Shown here: piece by piece, positions 19,124 to 27,224 of the stretch
How positions within the stretch are numbered: position 1 is the first letter of the stretch
How the letters are laid out: each line of letters opens with the position of its first letter
DNA from: Deltaproteobacteria bacterium
Lineage (GTDB): Bacteria > Myxococcota > B64-G9
Reading direction: 5' to 3'
Length of the DNA: 53,659 nucleotides
Assembly (NCBI GenBank): GCA_030591445.1
Contig: JAUVBB010000002.1
Location: forward strand, 1 to 53,659
Position numbers and translations under genes: made by a program
Notes under the pieces: generated by a model
Databases searched by the model: none
What the model was told of the DNA's origin: nothing
What the model saw: only the letters and a program-made list of their open reading frames with translations

Positions 19124-20482
19124 ATGAAAGAGAGAGATCTATTTAGTCATCAAGCCGACAAGGAGCGCCGGCATGCGCCTTTGGCTGATCGGATGCGGCC
19201 GCAGAGTCTGGCCGAGTTCGTGGGTCAGGAGCAGATTCTGGGCGCGGGAAGGCTGCTGCAACAGGCCATCGAGGCCGATGTCCTGCCCTCGGCGATTCTA
19301 TGGGGACCACCTGGCTGCGGCAAGACGGCTTTGGCCTCGGTGATCGCGGCATCGACCGGCGCGGTGTATATTCCATTCTCCGCGGTATTGGGTGGGCTGA
19401 AGGAAATCCGCGAGATCATGCGGGCGGCAGAAACACGCCGCAACGCCCATCGCGAACGCACTATCTTGTTCATCGATGAAATCCATCGCCTGAACAAGGT
19501 GCAACAAGACGGTCTGCTCCCGCACGTGGAGCGGGGCACGGTAACGCTCATCGGCGCCACCACCGAAAATCCCTCTTTTGAGGTCAACGCGGCCTTGCTG
19601 TCTCGCTGCAAGGTCTTCGTGCTCAAAACGCTCACCGATGACCAGCTCCAGGTCATTATTGAAAAGGCACTGGCCGACCCGGAACGAGGCCTGGGGGCAC
19701 TGAAACTTAGCATCGACGATGATGCCGGTCAGGACCTGTGTCGGGCAGCCCAGGGCGATGCCCGCCGCGCGCTCAACACCCTGGAGGCCTCCGCGGCTTA
19801 CCTGGCTTCGGCCAAAGAGTATGTCGGCAAGAAATGCATCACCCGCGAGATCGTGCGCGAGGCCGCTCAACATCGCACTCTCCTTTACGACCGGGCCGGC
19901 GAGGAACATTACAATGTGATCTCGGCCTTCATCAAAAGCCTACGCGGCTCCGACCCCGACGCGGCCATTTATTGGATGACCCGTATGCTGGAGGCCGGCG
20001 AAGATCCGCGTTTTATCTTACGTCGATTGATCATTTTCGCTTCCGAGGATGTGGGCAACGCCGACCCCCAGGCCTTGCAATTGGCGACCGCCGCCTTGGC
20101 GGCCCACGAGATGGTGGGCCTGCCCGAGTCGGCCTTGTGCCTTTCGCAAACGGTGAGCTATCTGGCCTGCGCGCCCAAGAGCAACTCCGCTCTGACCGCC
20201 TATGCGCGGGCGCGCAAAGACGTCCGCGGCCGCGGCGCCTTGCCGGTCCCGATGCATCTGCGCAACGCCCCCACCGGGCTGATGCGCAAACTCGGCTATG
20301 GCCGAGAATATCGCTATCCCCATGACTTCGAGGGCCGCTACCTCAAAGAACGCTATCTGCCCGACGAGCTCTCCGATCGGCGCTACTACACCCCGGCCGC
20401 CAGCGGCTACGAAAAGACCATCGCTGAGCGGCTAGCTGCTTGGCGGGAGGAACTCCCAAAAGACGAGGAACCGGAGACGTGA
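19124..20482 (+). CDS. rarA: Replication-associated recombination protein A (AAA+ ATPase)
   Basis: The protein shows ILWGPPGCGKTALA, LFIDEIHRLNKVQQD, TLIGATTENPSFEV, YNVISAFIKSLRGSDPDAA and YRYPHDF. Confidence 0.93.
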   Translation: MKERDLFSHQADKERRHAPLADRMRPQSLAEFVGQEQILGAGRLLQQAIEADVLPSAILWGPPGCGKTALASVIAASTGAVYIPFSAVLGGLKEIREIMRAAETRRNAHRERTILFIDEIHRLNKVQQDGLLPHVERGTVTLIGATTENPSFEVNAALLSRCKVFVLKTLTDDQLQVIIEKALADPERGLGALKLSIDDDAGQDLCRAAQGDARRALNTLEASAAYLASAKEYVGKKCITREIVREAAQHRTLLYDRAGEEHYNVISAFIKSLRGSDPDAAIYWMTRMLEAGEDPRFILRRLIIFASEDVGNADPQALQLATAALAAHEMVGLPESALCLSQTVSYLACAPKSNSALTAYARARKDVRGRGALPVPMHLRNAPTGLMRKLGYGREYRYPHDFEGRYLKERYLPDELSDRRYYTPAASGYEKTIAERLAAWREELPKDEEPET

Positions 20483-20880
20483 AGCCGGCGCCCAGGCTAT
20501 GGCTGGCACTGTTCTTCTTATTGCTGCCGGCGGCAAGCGCCCAAGACTTCGGTCCCTGGTCGGTCCATCCCCGTCATCCGTCCCTGGCCAAGGCCGATCC
20601 CCAGTCGGAGTCTTCAGTGCCCGTCCTATCAGCCCAAGCCTTCGACCAATGGCTCAAACTATGGACGACCTTGCTAACGCGCATCGACGGCCCACGCTGC
20701 CAACATGCGCCATCGTGTTCCGCTTATGCCCGCGGGGCAGTGGCCCGCCATGGTCTGATCCGGGGCTTGTGGATGAGCCTGAATCGAATCCTGCGCGGCG
20801 CTCGCTCCAGCGCGCTACGCCTGCTTCCGCGCGTGCGCACCCACCGGGGCGTTCGGCTGGTCGATCCGGTCAAGGACTAG
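20479..20880 (+). CDS. YidD-like (membrane protein insertion efficiency factor family) protein with an N-terminal signal peptide
   Basis: GPRCQHAPSCSAYARGAVARHGLIRGLWMSLNRILR aligns with the YidD core GP.C+..P(S/T)CS.Y...A....G...G.W....R.L. Upstream is LWLALFFLLLPAASA-QD, a signal peptide with an AxA site. A GTG at 20479 overlaps the rarA stop (GTGA). The alternative ATG at 20440 lies inside rarA. Confidence 0.65.
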   Translation: MKPAPRLWLALFFLLLPAASAQDFGPWSVHPRHPSLAKADPQSESSVPVLSAQAFDQWLKLWTTLLTRIDGPRCQHAPSCSAYARGAVARHGLIRGLWMSLNRILRGARSSALRLLPRVRTHRGVRLVDPVKD

Positions 20881-20887
20881 AATCGCG

Positions 20888-21847
20888 TTAATCGCCCATT
20901 TCCGGTCGAAAAAAATAGGTGGTGTGCTGATAAAGGCAGACTTTGTTGGGACCAGCCTTGCGCGCCTTGTCCAAAGCCTCGTTGGCATGCGCCATCAGTT
21001 GCTCGGCCGAAGTAACGTCCTTGTTGGGAAAGAAGGACACGCCCATGCTGACCCCAATGCGTAGGCGGTGGCCGGCGCAGAGAAAAGGATAATCTTGGAC
21101 CCGCTGCCAAATCCGGGTGGCCACCGACAAAGAACCGGTAAAATGAGTACGGGGCAACAAGATCACAAACTGATTTTCGTTGCGACGCACCACCACGTCG
21201 AAGTCGCGAATGCCGCTGCGCAGGATGCCGGCGATCTCTTGAAGCGCAGCCTCGGCGGCTTCCTTGCCGTATTGCCGTTCGACAGTATCCAGGCCGCTGG
21301 ACTCGATGGAGATAAAGGACAGTGGTTCCGAGTACCGCTCGGCCCGCTTGAATTCGTCGCTCAAGCGGTTTTCGAGATAGCGCTCGTTATATAGGCCGGT
21401 CAGTTCGTCGGTCACCGAGCGATCTTCCACCGATTTTGCCAGGGCCGAAGCACGATTCTGCAATTCTTTAATGCGCAACAAGGCCTCGATGCGCGCCATC
21501 AGTTCCCGGGGCGCGGCCGGCTTGGCCATGTAGTCATCCGCCCCCAGCTTCAGGCCTGTGACCCGGCTTTCCAGGTCGTTCTTGGCGGTTAGTAAGATCA
21601 CTGGCAAGAAGTTTTCGTCGCTGCGGTTCTTCAAGATTCGACATACTTCCATGCCATCAATCCCGGGCATGATGACGTCGAGCAGCACCAGGTCGGGCTG
21701 GTGCTGGCGAACCATGGTCAAGGCGTCTTTACCGTTGGACGCGCTAAGCACATGGTAGCCCCCCTCTCGGAGTAGCTTCTCTACTTGCTGCCGGACCGTT
21801 TTCTCGTCATCCACCACGAGCACGGTTGCTTTCGACTCGGACGCCAT
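20888..21847 (-). CDS. Response regulator: canonical receiver domain plus degenerate GGDEF domain
   Basis: The receiver shows VLVVDDE, DLVLLDVIMPGIDG, LLTAK and DDYMAKP. The GGDEF-fold region shows DELTGLYNERY. It has NENQF (21167-21181) in place of GG(D/E)EF, and an RDFD (RxxD) sequence five residues upstream. The start is set at the ATG at 21847. Confidence 0.85.
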   Translation of the reverse strand: MASESKATVLVVDDEKTVRQQVEKLLREGGYHVLSASNGKDALTMVRQHQPDLVLLDVIMPGIDGMEVCRILKNRSDENFLPVILLTAKNDLESRVTGLKLGADDYMAKPAAPRELMARIEALLRIKELQNRASALAKSVEDRSVTDELTGLYNERYLENRLSDEFKRAERYSEPLSFISIESSGLDTVERQYGKEAAEAALQEIAGILRSGIRDFDVVVRRNENQFVILLPRTHFTGSLSVATRIWQRVQDYPFLCAGHRLRIGVSMGVSFFPNKDVTSAEQLMAHANEALDKARKAGPNKVCLYQHTTYFFRPEMGD

Positions 21848-21993
21848 TCTGGCTCCAACCACTGTCTGGACACGCCTGCAGTATCGCATAGCTTTCCCAG
21901 TGATTCAAGATCATGCCGGGAGAATTGGTGTCGTTGATTCTGCCGGCGGTTCGTGGCAAGCTCGGCCTCGACTGGCCGACGGGAGGACGCTTT

Positions 21994-23076
21994 ATGTGGG
22001 AACAACTGAGCAAAGTACTCGACGACACCTTTTTGGGCAACTCCCTGGGACAATACCTGCTGTTTGGCCTGGGTATCTTGCTCACTTTGGTGATCCGGGT
22101 TCTTACCCGCTATCTGCTCGATAACAAAATCAAGCAGTGGTCAAAGAAAACCAGCGGGCAAGCAGACGATCAACTCTTGGCCGCCTTTCGGCGGCCGGCC
22201 TTTTTGCTGGTGTACGTCTCCGGTATTTACTTATCCCTGAAGGCTTTGGATCTGCCCACCGATCCGGACGTACCCGCCTTTGTCGACAATCTTTACATCA
22301 GCCTGCTGATCGTCTCGGCAGCCTGGTTCCTGTTCTCGGCCGTCGATGTCATGACCTTCTACCTCAAGAAGTACACCGACAAGACCAAGTCCCGGCTCGA
22401 CGACCAGCTGGTGCCCATCGTGCGCCGCATCTGCCGGGCCACCGTGGTAGTGTTGGCCTTTATCATGGTGATCCAGAACCTGGGCGGCTCGGTCAGCTCG
22501 CTGCTGGCCGGCCTGGGACTGGGCGGATTGGCCTTTGCCCTGGCTGCCAAGGATTCTTTGGCCAATATTTTCGGCTCGGTCACAATTTTCACTGACCGGC
22601 CTTTTCAGATTGGCGATTGGGTCAAGACCAGCGCCGCCGAAGGCTATGTGGAAGACGTCGGCTTCCGCTCCACTCGTATCCGCACTTTTGAAAAAACCTT
22701 GGTCACCATTCCCAACTCCAAATTGGCCGATTCCGCTATCGAAAACATGGACGCCCGCCACATCCGCCGGGTCAAGATGACCGTGGGGATTACCTATGCC
22801 GCCAGTGCCAAGCAGATGGAGCAGGCCGTAGAGACCATCCGCGACATCTTGCGCAAACACCCAAAGGTCAGCCAAGACTATTGGCTGGTGTACTTCACCG
22901 CCTTCGGCCCCTCTAGCCTGGACATCTTCATCTATTACTACTCCCAGAGCACGGTTTGGGCCGAATACTTGCAAGTGCGCCAGGAGGTCAACCTGCACAT
23001 CATGCGCGCACTCGAGACCATGGGCTTGGAAATCGCCTTCCCCTCCCAAACCGTCTACTTGAAACCGGAAAAATAA
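21994..23076 (+). CDS. Small-conductance mechanosensitive channel (MscS family)
   Basis: N-terminal TM helices are followed by LANIFGSVTIFTDRPFQIGDWV and VTIPNSKL. The ATG at 21994 follows GGGAGGA. Confidence 0.85.
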   Translation: MWEQLSKVLDDTFLGNSLGQYLLFGLGILLTLVIRVLTRYLLDNKIKQWSKKTSGQADDQLLAAFRRPAFLLVYVSGIYLSLKALDLPTDPDVPAFVDNLYISLLIVSAAWFLFSAVDVMTFYLKKYTDKTKSRLDDQLVPIVRRICRATVVVLAFIMVIQNLGGSVSSLLAGLGLGGLAFALAAKDSLANIFGSVTIFTDRPFQIGDWVKTSAAEGYVEDVGFRSTRIRTFEKTLVTIPNSKLADSAIENMDARHIRRVKMTVGITYAASAKQMEQAVETIRDILRKHPKVSQDYWLVYFTAFGPSSLDIFIYYYSQSTVWAEYLQVRQEVNLHIMRALETMGLEIAFPSQTVYLKPEK

Positions 23077-23089
23077 TTGGAGGATCGCC

Positions 23090-23854
23090 ATGCTATTGGC
23101 CATTGATGTAGGCAACACCAATATCGTCATTGGCGCATTTGAGTCCGATCGCCTGGTCAAACATTGGCGGGTAGGTACCACACCGGCACGAAGCGCCGAT
23201 GAGTACGGTATTCTCTTGCAGCAACTGTTATCGCTGGCCGCGCTCGGATTCCAAGATGTGGATGCCGCGGTGCTCTCTTGCGTGGTCCCGCAGGTAGAGT
23301 GGGTCGTCGTGCACATGCTTGAGGATTACTGCCAGACCAAACCGCTGGTGATAGGCCCCGGGATCAAAACCGGCCTCAAGGTACTCTACGACAATCCCAA
23401 GGAAGTCGGTGCCGACCGAATCGTCAATGCGGTGGCCGCACTCGATCAGCACAGCGGCCCGCTCATCCTGGTGGATTTCGGCACCGCCACTACCTTTGAC
23501 GCCCTGAGCGAAGAAGGTGCCTACTTGGGCGGCGCCATCGCCCCGGGCATCAACATCTCCATGGAGGCCCTGTTCAAGTCGGCCTCCAAGCTACCCCGGG
23601 TCCCCTTTAGCCGGCCCGAGTCCATCATCGGCCGCACCACGGTGACCAGTATCCAAGCCGGGCTCTTCCACGGTTATGTGAGCATGGTGGACGGCATTGT
23701 CGAAAAAATGGCCGCGGAGATGGCTAATCAGCCCCGGGTGTTAGCCACCGGCGGCCTGGGCAAACTCATATCCAAAGCGTCGCGCTACATCCGCGACGTA
23801 GACAACATGCTCACCCTGAAAGGCCTGAGAATCATTCACGAGAGAAATCTATGA
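23090..23854 (+). CDS. coaX: Type III pantothenate kinase
   Basis: The protein shows MLLAIDVGNTNIVIG, VGADRIVNAVAA, LVDFGTATTFD and ATGGL. Confidence 0.93.
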   Translation: MLLAIDVGNTNIVIGAFESDRLVKHWRVGTTPARSADEYGILLQQLLSLAALGFQDVDAAVLSCVVPQVEWVVVHMLEDYCQTKPLVIGPGIKTGLKVLYDNPKEVGADRIVNAVAALDQHSGPLILVDFGTATTFDALSEEGAYLGGAIAPGINISMEALFKSASKLPRVPFSRPESIIGRTTVTSIQAGLFHGYVSMVDGIVEKMAAEMANQPRVLATGGLGKLISKASRYIRDVDNMLTLKGLRIIHERNL

Positions 23855-23897
23855 TTCGACGTCGCATCATTTTTCCTGATCGCTTTTGTCCAATCCC

Positions 23898-23927
23898 TTG
23901 ACAGTCGCCCGGAGCGTGACATACCTT
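23898..23927 (+). promoter_or_regulatory. Candidate sigma70-type promoter for the EF-G paralogue
   Basis: TTGACA lies at 23898-23903. After an 18-nt spacer comes TACCTT at 23922-27, a weak -10 hexamer. The element is about 45 nt upstream of the ATG at 23971. Confidence 0.25.
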
Positions 23928-23970
23928 AGGGTCCTTTTGGGAACTAGTGGTCTCTTTTGGAGAGGATAAC

Positions 23971-26061
23971 ATGAAGAAATACGAATCAAAAGACATCCGG
24001 AATCTGGCCATGGTGGGGCACAAGGGAGCCGGCAAAACTTCCCTGGCCGACGCCTTTCTCTTCGACGGAAAAATCACCACCCGGCTGGGTAGCGTCGACC
24101 ACAAGACCTCGACCTTCGATACCGAACCGGAGGAAATGGACCGCGGGATGACCATTGCCACCGCGGTGGGCACCATCGAATGGAAAAAACACAAGATTAA
24201 CATCATCGACACGCCTGGGGACGGAAACTTCATTTTCGACACCCGCTTCTCCATGTCGGCGGCCGACGCCGCCGCGGTGGTAGTCAGCGCCCCGGACGGA
24301 GTCGGCGTACAAACCGAGCGGGTCTGGGAACGAGCCGAAGAGCTCGGCATCCCCCGGGTGGTATTCGTCAACAAAATGGACCGCGAGCGGGCCAACCCCG
24401 AAAAGGTCATGGCCGAGATCCAGTCCCTGTTGTCGAACGATGTGATTCCGGTGCAAATCCCCATCGGCCGAGAAGCGGCCTTTGAGGGCGTGGTCGATGT
24501 GCTTAGCGGCAAAGCCCACTTGTTCGAAAAAGACGGTTCGGGCACCATGAAAACGACCGACGCACCGGCGGATCTCGCCGATGCGCTGGCAAGCGCCCGC
24601 GAAGCGCTGATGGAGAAAATCGCCGAGAGCGACGACGAGCTGCTGGAAAAATACTTAGAGACCGGTGAGCTCTCCGAAGTAGAGGCCCAAGCAGGCTTTG
24701 CCAAGGCCATCCGCGCCGGCACCCTGTTTCCGGCCTTTTTCGGCAGCGCCACCCACAACCTGGGCATCCAGCCCTTGATGGACTTCGTCGCCGACTCATT
24801 GCCGGCACCCAATGAATTGCCGGCCATCACCGGCCAAATACCCGATGGCGAAGAGGTCAGCCGCGAGCGAAACGAAAGCGAGCCCTTCTGGGGTTTCGTG
24901 TTCAAGACCTTTGACGCCCAAGGCGGTACCTTAACGGTCTTTCGGGTTATGTCCGGCTCGCTCACCAGCGACTCGTTGATGCAAAACATCAATACCGACA
25001 CCGAAGAGCGCATTGGCTCGCTACTCTTGATCAACGGCAAAAAACAGGAACAAGTCAGCTCCGCCACCGCCGGCGACATTGTCGGGGTATTGAAGCTGAA
25101 AAGAACCGCCACCGGCCACACCCTGTGCGACAAGAAAGCACCCTTGCTCTTCCCCGCCATCGCTTTGCCCCCGCCGGTCATCTCCTACGCCGTCAAGGCC
25201 AAGAGCAAAGACGACGAGGACAAGCTGGGCAACAGCCTCCATCGGATGCTCAGCGAAGATCCCACCTTGCGCCTGAGCCGCCACGAAGACACCCATGATT
25301 ATCTTTTGTCGGGCATGGGCGCCCCCCATGTGGAAATCGCCGTCGGCCGCCTGAAGCGCCGTTTTGGCGTGGACGTAACCCTGGAACAACCCAAAGTACC
25401 CTACCGGGAAACCATCACCCGCAAGGCCGAGGCCCAGGGAAAACACACAAAGCAAACCGGTGGCCGCGGCCAGTACGGCGATGTGTGGTTAGAGCTTGCC
25501 CCCCAGCCCCGCAGCGCCGGCTTCGAGTTCGAAAACCGCATTAAGGGCGGCGCGGTGCCCCAGGGCTTTATTCCGGCGGTCGAAAAAGGCGTCATTGAGA
25601 CCCTCACCAAGGGCATCCTGGCCGGCTATCCGGTGGTGGATATCAAGGTAGCCTTGTACGACGGCTCTTACCATGATGTCGACTCTTCGGAAATGGCATT
25701 CAAGCGAGCGGCGTCGAAGGGCTTCAAGGCGGCCATGGAAAAGGCCAAACCCATTATCTTAGAGCCGGTCTACGACATGGAAATCGTGGTCCCGGAAGAC
25801 AAGATGGGCGACATCATCGGCGATCTCAACAGCCGACGGGGCCGGGTACAAGGCATGGAGACCAAGGGCCGCCGCAGCATCATCAAGGCCCAGGTCCCCT
25901 TGGCCGAAATTCTCATGTACTCACCCGATCTCGATTCCCGCACTGGCGGGCGCGGCACCTTTATCATGGAGCTTTCTCACTACCAAGAAGTCCCGAGTCA
26001 GTTTGTGGACAAAGTCATCGCCGCCAACAAATCCGGTGACGAAGAGGAAGACAAGGACTAA
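23971..26061 (+). CDS. Elongation factor G paralogue (divergent G domain)
   Basis: The five-domain EF-G layout is present: P-loop GHKGAGKTS, RGMTI, DTPGD, NKMD, GGRGQYGDV, GYPVVD and YHDVDSSEMAF. The gene is not in an rpsL-rpsG-fusA-tuf context. The ATG at 23971 follows GGAGAGGA. Confidence 0.9.
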   Translation: MKKYESKDIRNLAMVGHKGAGKTSLADAFLFDGKITTRLGSVDHKTSTFDTEPEEMDRGMTIATAVGTIEWKKHKINIIDTPGDGNFIFDTRFSMSAADAAAVVVSAPDGVGVQTERVWERAEELGIPRVVFVNKMDRERANPEKVMAEIQSLLSNDVIPVQIPIGREAAFEGVVDVLSGKAHLFEKDGSGTMKTTDAPADLADALASAREALMEKIAESDDELLEKYLETGELSEVEAQAGFAKAIRAGTLFPAFFGSATHNLGIQPLMDFVADSLPAPNELPAITGQIPDGEEVSRERNESEPFWGFVFKTFDAQGGTLTVFRVMSGSLTSDSLMQNINTDTEERIGSLLLINGKKQEQVSSATAGDIVGVLKLKRTATGHTLCDKKAPLLFPAIALPPPVISYAVKAKSKDDEDKLGNSLHRMLSEDPTLRLSRHEDTHDYLLSGMGAPHVEIAVGRLKRRFGVDVTLEQPKVPYRETITRKAEAQGKHTKQTGGRGQYGDVWLELAPQPRSAGFEFENRIKGGAVPQGFIPAVEKGVIETLTKGILAGYPVVDIKVALYDGSYHDVDSSEMAFKRAASKGFKAAMEKAKPIILEPVYDMEIVVPEDKMGDIIGDLNSRRGRVQGMETKGRRSIIKAQVPLAEILMYSPDLDSRTGGRGTFIMELSHYQEVPSQFVDKVIAANKSGDEEEDKD

Positions 26062-26082
26062 CACCTTGGATCGGAAGATCCC

Positions 26083-27192
26083 ATGAGCAAGAACCCAATT
26101 CCCCTCTCGGCAGTTAGCGAAAAACTGCAAAAACACGTCGATCCCAAGTCGCCAGCGCCTTTACGCATGATGGCTTCCCGGGGCATGGTGCCCATGGGAC
26201 CCAAGGATATGCTGACGGTGTTGGCCTGCCTGTGCTTCGACGCCGACGAGAAAATCGCGGCCGGCGCCAGCAAGAGCCTCAAGGAGCTGCCCGCTCGTAT
26301 CGTCTTGGGAGCCGTGGGTGAAGCGCTCCACCCCCAGGTTCTCGACCAGGTGGCCCGGGTTCTGCCCTTGGAGAACGAGGATCCCTTCGAAGCCCTGCTC
26401 ATCAACGCCGAGACTCCAGACGAAACCTTCTCGTTCTTGGCCAGCCAGGTCAGCGAACGACTGCTGAACATCATCGCCGAGAATCAAGTTCGTATCTTAC
26501 GGTATCCTCCCATTGCCAAATCCATCCTGGACAACCCCAATGTACTGAAATCCACCGTCGATCGCCTGATGGATTTCGCCGTTCGTACCGGCATGGACTT
26601 TCGCGGCCTGGATGCCTTTGATGAAGCCAAAAGCCGCATTCTCTCCGCGCCACCCGATGCCGCCGAATCCCAGCGCATCCAGAAGGTAGTGGAAGACTCC
26701 CTGCCCGACGAAATGCTGACCGAGGAACTTGAGTTCGAACCGGGAAACCCGGGAGAAGAAGCCGAAAAGGAAGTGAAGAAAAAGACTCTGCTCCAGCGCT
26801 TGATCATCATGACCCCGGCCCAAAAAGTGGTTTTGGCATCCAAGGGCAACAAAACCATTCGGGGCGCGCTGGTCAAAGACCGCAACAAAATAGTCGCCAC
26901 CGCGGCCATCAGAAACCCGGGGGTGTCAGACTCGGAAGTTATCGGGGTGGCCGCCAATCGGGCCGTTTGCGATGATGTCATAAGAATTATCTGCAACAAC
27001 CGCGAGTGGACGCGTTCTTACGCGGTCAGAAAATCCTTGGTAGAAAACCCGAAAACACCCATTGTCTACTCCATGCGCTTCATGCAATTGCTGCGCACAC
27101 CTGACCTAAAAGGCGTAGCCACCAACAAGAACATCCCCGGCGCCGTGGCCACCAATGCCAAAAAAATGTTGCGCCAGCGACAAGGCAAGTAA
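26083..27192 (+). CDS. Hypothetical protein with LRV/HEAT-like helical repeats
   Basis: This 369-aa ORF starts 21 nt after the EF-G paralogue. Units of the form hydrophobic helix - NP/NPxxP recur: ILDNPNV, AAIRNPGVSDSEVIGVAANR, LVENPKTPIVYSM and NKNIPGAVA. An acidic linker sits in the middle. I recognise no family with certainty. Confidence 0.55.
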   Translation: MSKNPIPLSAVSEKLQKHVDPKSPAPLRMMASRGMVPMGPKDMLTVLACLCFDADEKIAAGASKSLKELPARIVLGAVGEALHPQVLDQVARVLPLENEDPFEALLINAETPDETFSFLASQVSERLLNIIAENQVRILRYPPIAKSILDNPNVLKSTVDRLMDFAVRTGMDFRGLDAFDEAKSRILSAPPDAAESQRIQKVVEDSLPDEMLTEELEFEPGNPGEEAEKEVKKKTLLQRLIIMTPAQKVVLASKGNKTIRGALVKDRNKIVATAAIRNPGVSDSEVIGVAANRAVCDDVIRIICNNREWTRSYAVRKSLVENPKTPIVYSMRFMQLLRTPDLKGVATNKNIPGAVATNAKKMLRQRQGK

Positions 27193-27224
27193 CAAAGAGA
27201 AGAAGAGAAGGGGGACGTTGCGCT

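Noticed and set aside
23832-25181. A 449-aa minus-strand ORF opposite the EF-G paralogue. Similar long antisense ORFs lie at 22231-23316 (opposite mscS), 36221-37165 (opposite nqrA/B), 8150-8881 and 352-1152.
   Set aside because: These are typical stop-poor shadow frames of GC-rich coding DNA. Their translations are Ala/Arg/Ser/Pro-rich and motif-free, and each is fully overlapped by a gene with strong family signatures.
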